From Hormiphora californensis (taxonomy: Eukaryota > Animalia > Ctenophora): DNA of 64,000 bases. The stretch is from the NCBI GenBank assembly GCA_020137815.1, contig CM035351.1:310001-374000 (forward strand). The letters run 5' to 3'. Shown here in pieces: positions 61,214 to 64,000 of the stretch (position 1 is its first letter; each line of letters starts with the position of its first letter). Position numbers and translations under genes: made by a program. Under the pieces are notes generated by a model that was not told the origin of the DNA, made no database searches, and saw nothing but the letters and a program-made list of their open reading frames with translations.

Positions 61214-62128
61214 GAGAACATAGGATTGCTACAATTTGTATTGCTGGAAAAACTACCTAGATGAAACCGTCATATTGACATGGACCCGGGAAGTTATAGA
61301 AGATCGGGGTGTTAGGCTTCTTGCTGTCGGGCCCTAAAGAGGGGCTTCATGAACCATGAAATTACTGGCGAGGATGGCAGCTACAGTCGAGTTGGTATAG
61401 TCAGACGGAGCTGTCAGTTGTCAGTGCTGTTTACTTCCCTCAGTCAGGGGGATGTGTAGTAAACATGGACAGTTTATTAAAATGTGATAGACAGGTGGGT
61501 AGGTCACGGACATGAATTATTATATAGTTTGTGTTGGTACAGACTGAGCAGCACCAACAAGGATGGGAGACATGTCTCTGTCATCATCCAATCAAACAAA
61601 TCTTTTAAATATATCCGCAATGTAAATACAATTTAGGTTTTCTTAATAATTTAATTTACTTCCTGATGAAGTTTTATAAAAGCTGTTTATTCATGCGACA
61701 ATTTGCTACTCACTAAGCTGCTGGTGGAAAGTGCAGATGTTCTGGAAGTGGGGCGAATCTTTGTCCCCTCCACTTCCAGTTACTTGTGACTCGTGTCAAT
61801 TATACCTCAGTTCGTGAACCTGTTGGGGAGGGGTAGTAATACAAACATGACAAACAAACAGAACAATAAACCTGCTGGAAGAACCTAGAAGTTTAGAAAT
61901 AGAGAGGGGTGGAGATCAGGGGCCTAGGGGTCCAGGTTCTTCCAGCATCACACCAAATGTTGGTAAATCAACTGACACAGAATTTTACCAATTGAAAAAT
62001 AATTTGGGTATTTACAATACGAATACACTTTATACAATCTGATAGTCTCTGGTTTTATTTACAAATGTGTACAGTTTTAGTTTACTCGCTCTGCGATCTG
62101 AATAGTGTCTTGGTTTAGTTTAGCACCT

Positions 62129-64000
<1,872 letters not shown>

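Overview
Eukaryotic (animal) genomic DNA with short GT-AG introns, many GA/CT microsatellites and many small DNA transposons. The repeat families and the zinc-finger-less nuclear receptor suggest a ctenophore (inference, not tested). Spliced genes reconstructed by hand: an F-type-lectin-like secreted protein, an 8-exon uncharacterised gene, a small single-pass membrane protein, POR, TMCO4, COA5, a transglutaminase, ODF3/SHIPPO, a ~15 kb nuclear-receptor-like gene, a coiled-coil gene with an RTE-type LINE in its last intron, and RNF32 (5' truncated). There is also a tRNA-Arg(ACG). Four main findings: (1) the nuclear receptor ligand-binding-domain (LBD) exons join in frame to upstream exons encoding a Trp-rich ETS/IRF-like winged-helix region instead of a C4 zinc finger; (2) the single TMCO4 intron is the core of a hAT MITE flanked by a 14-bp AG|GT-containing duplication, i.e. 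a repeat-generated intron; (3) splice junctions are repeatedly amplified into tandem arrays; (4) COA5 and TMCO4 form an operon-like pair, with a splice acceptor just upstream of the TMCO4 ATG. Several apparent +1 frameshifts suggest assembly errors.
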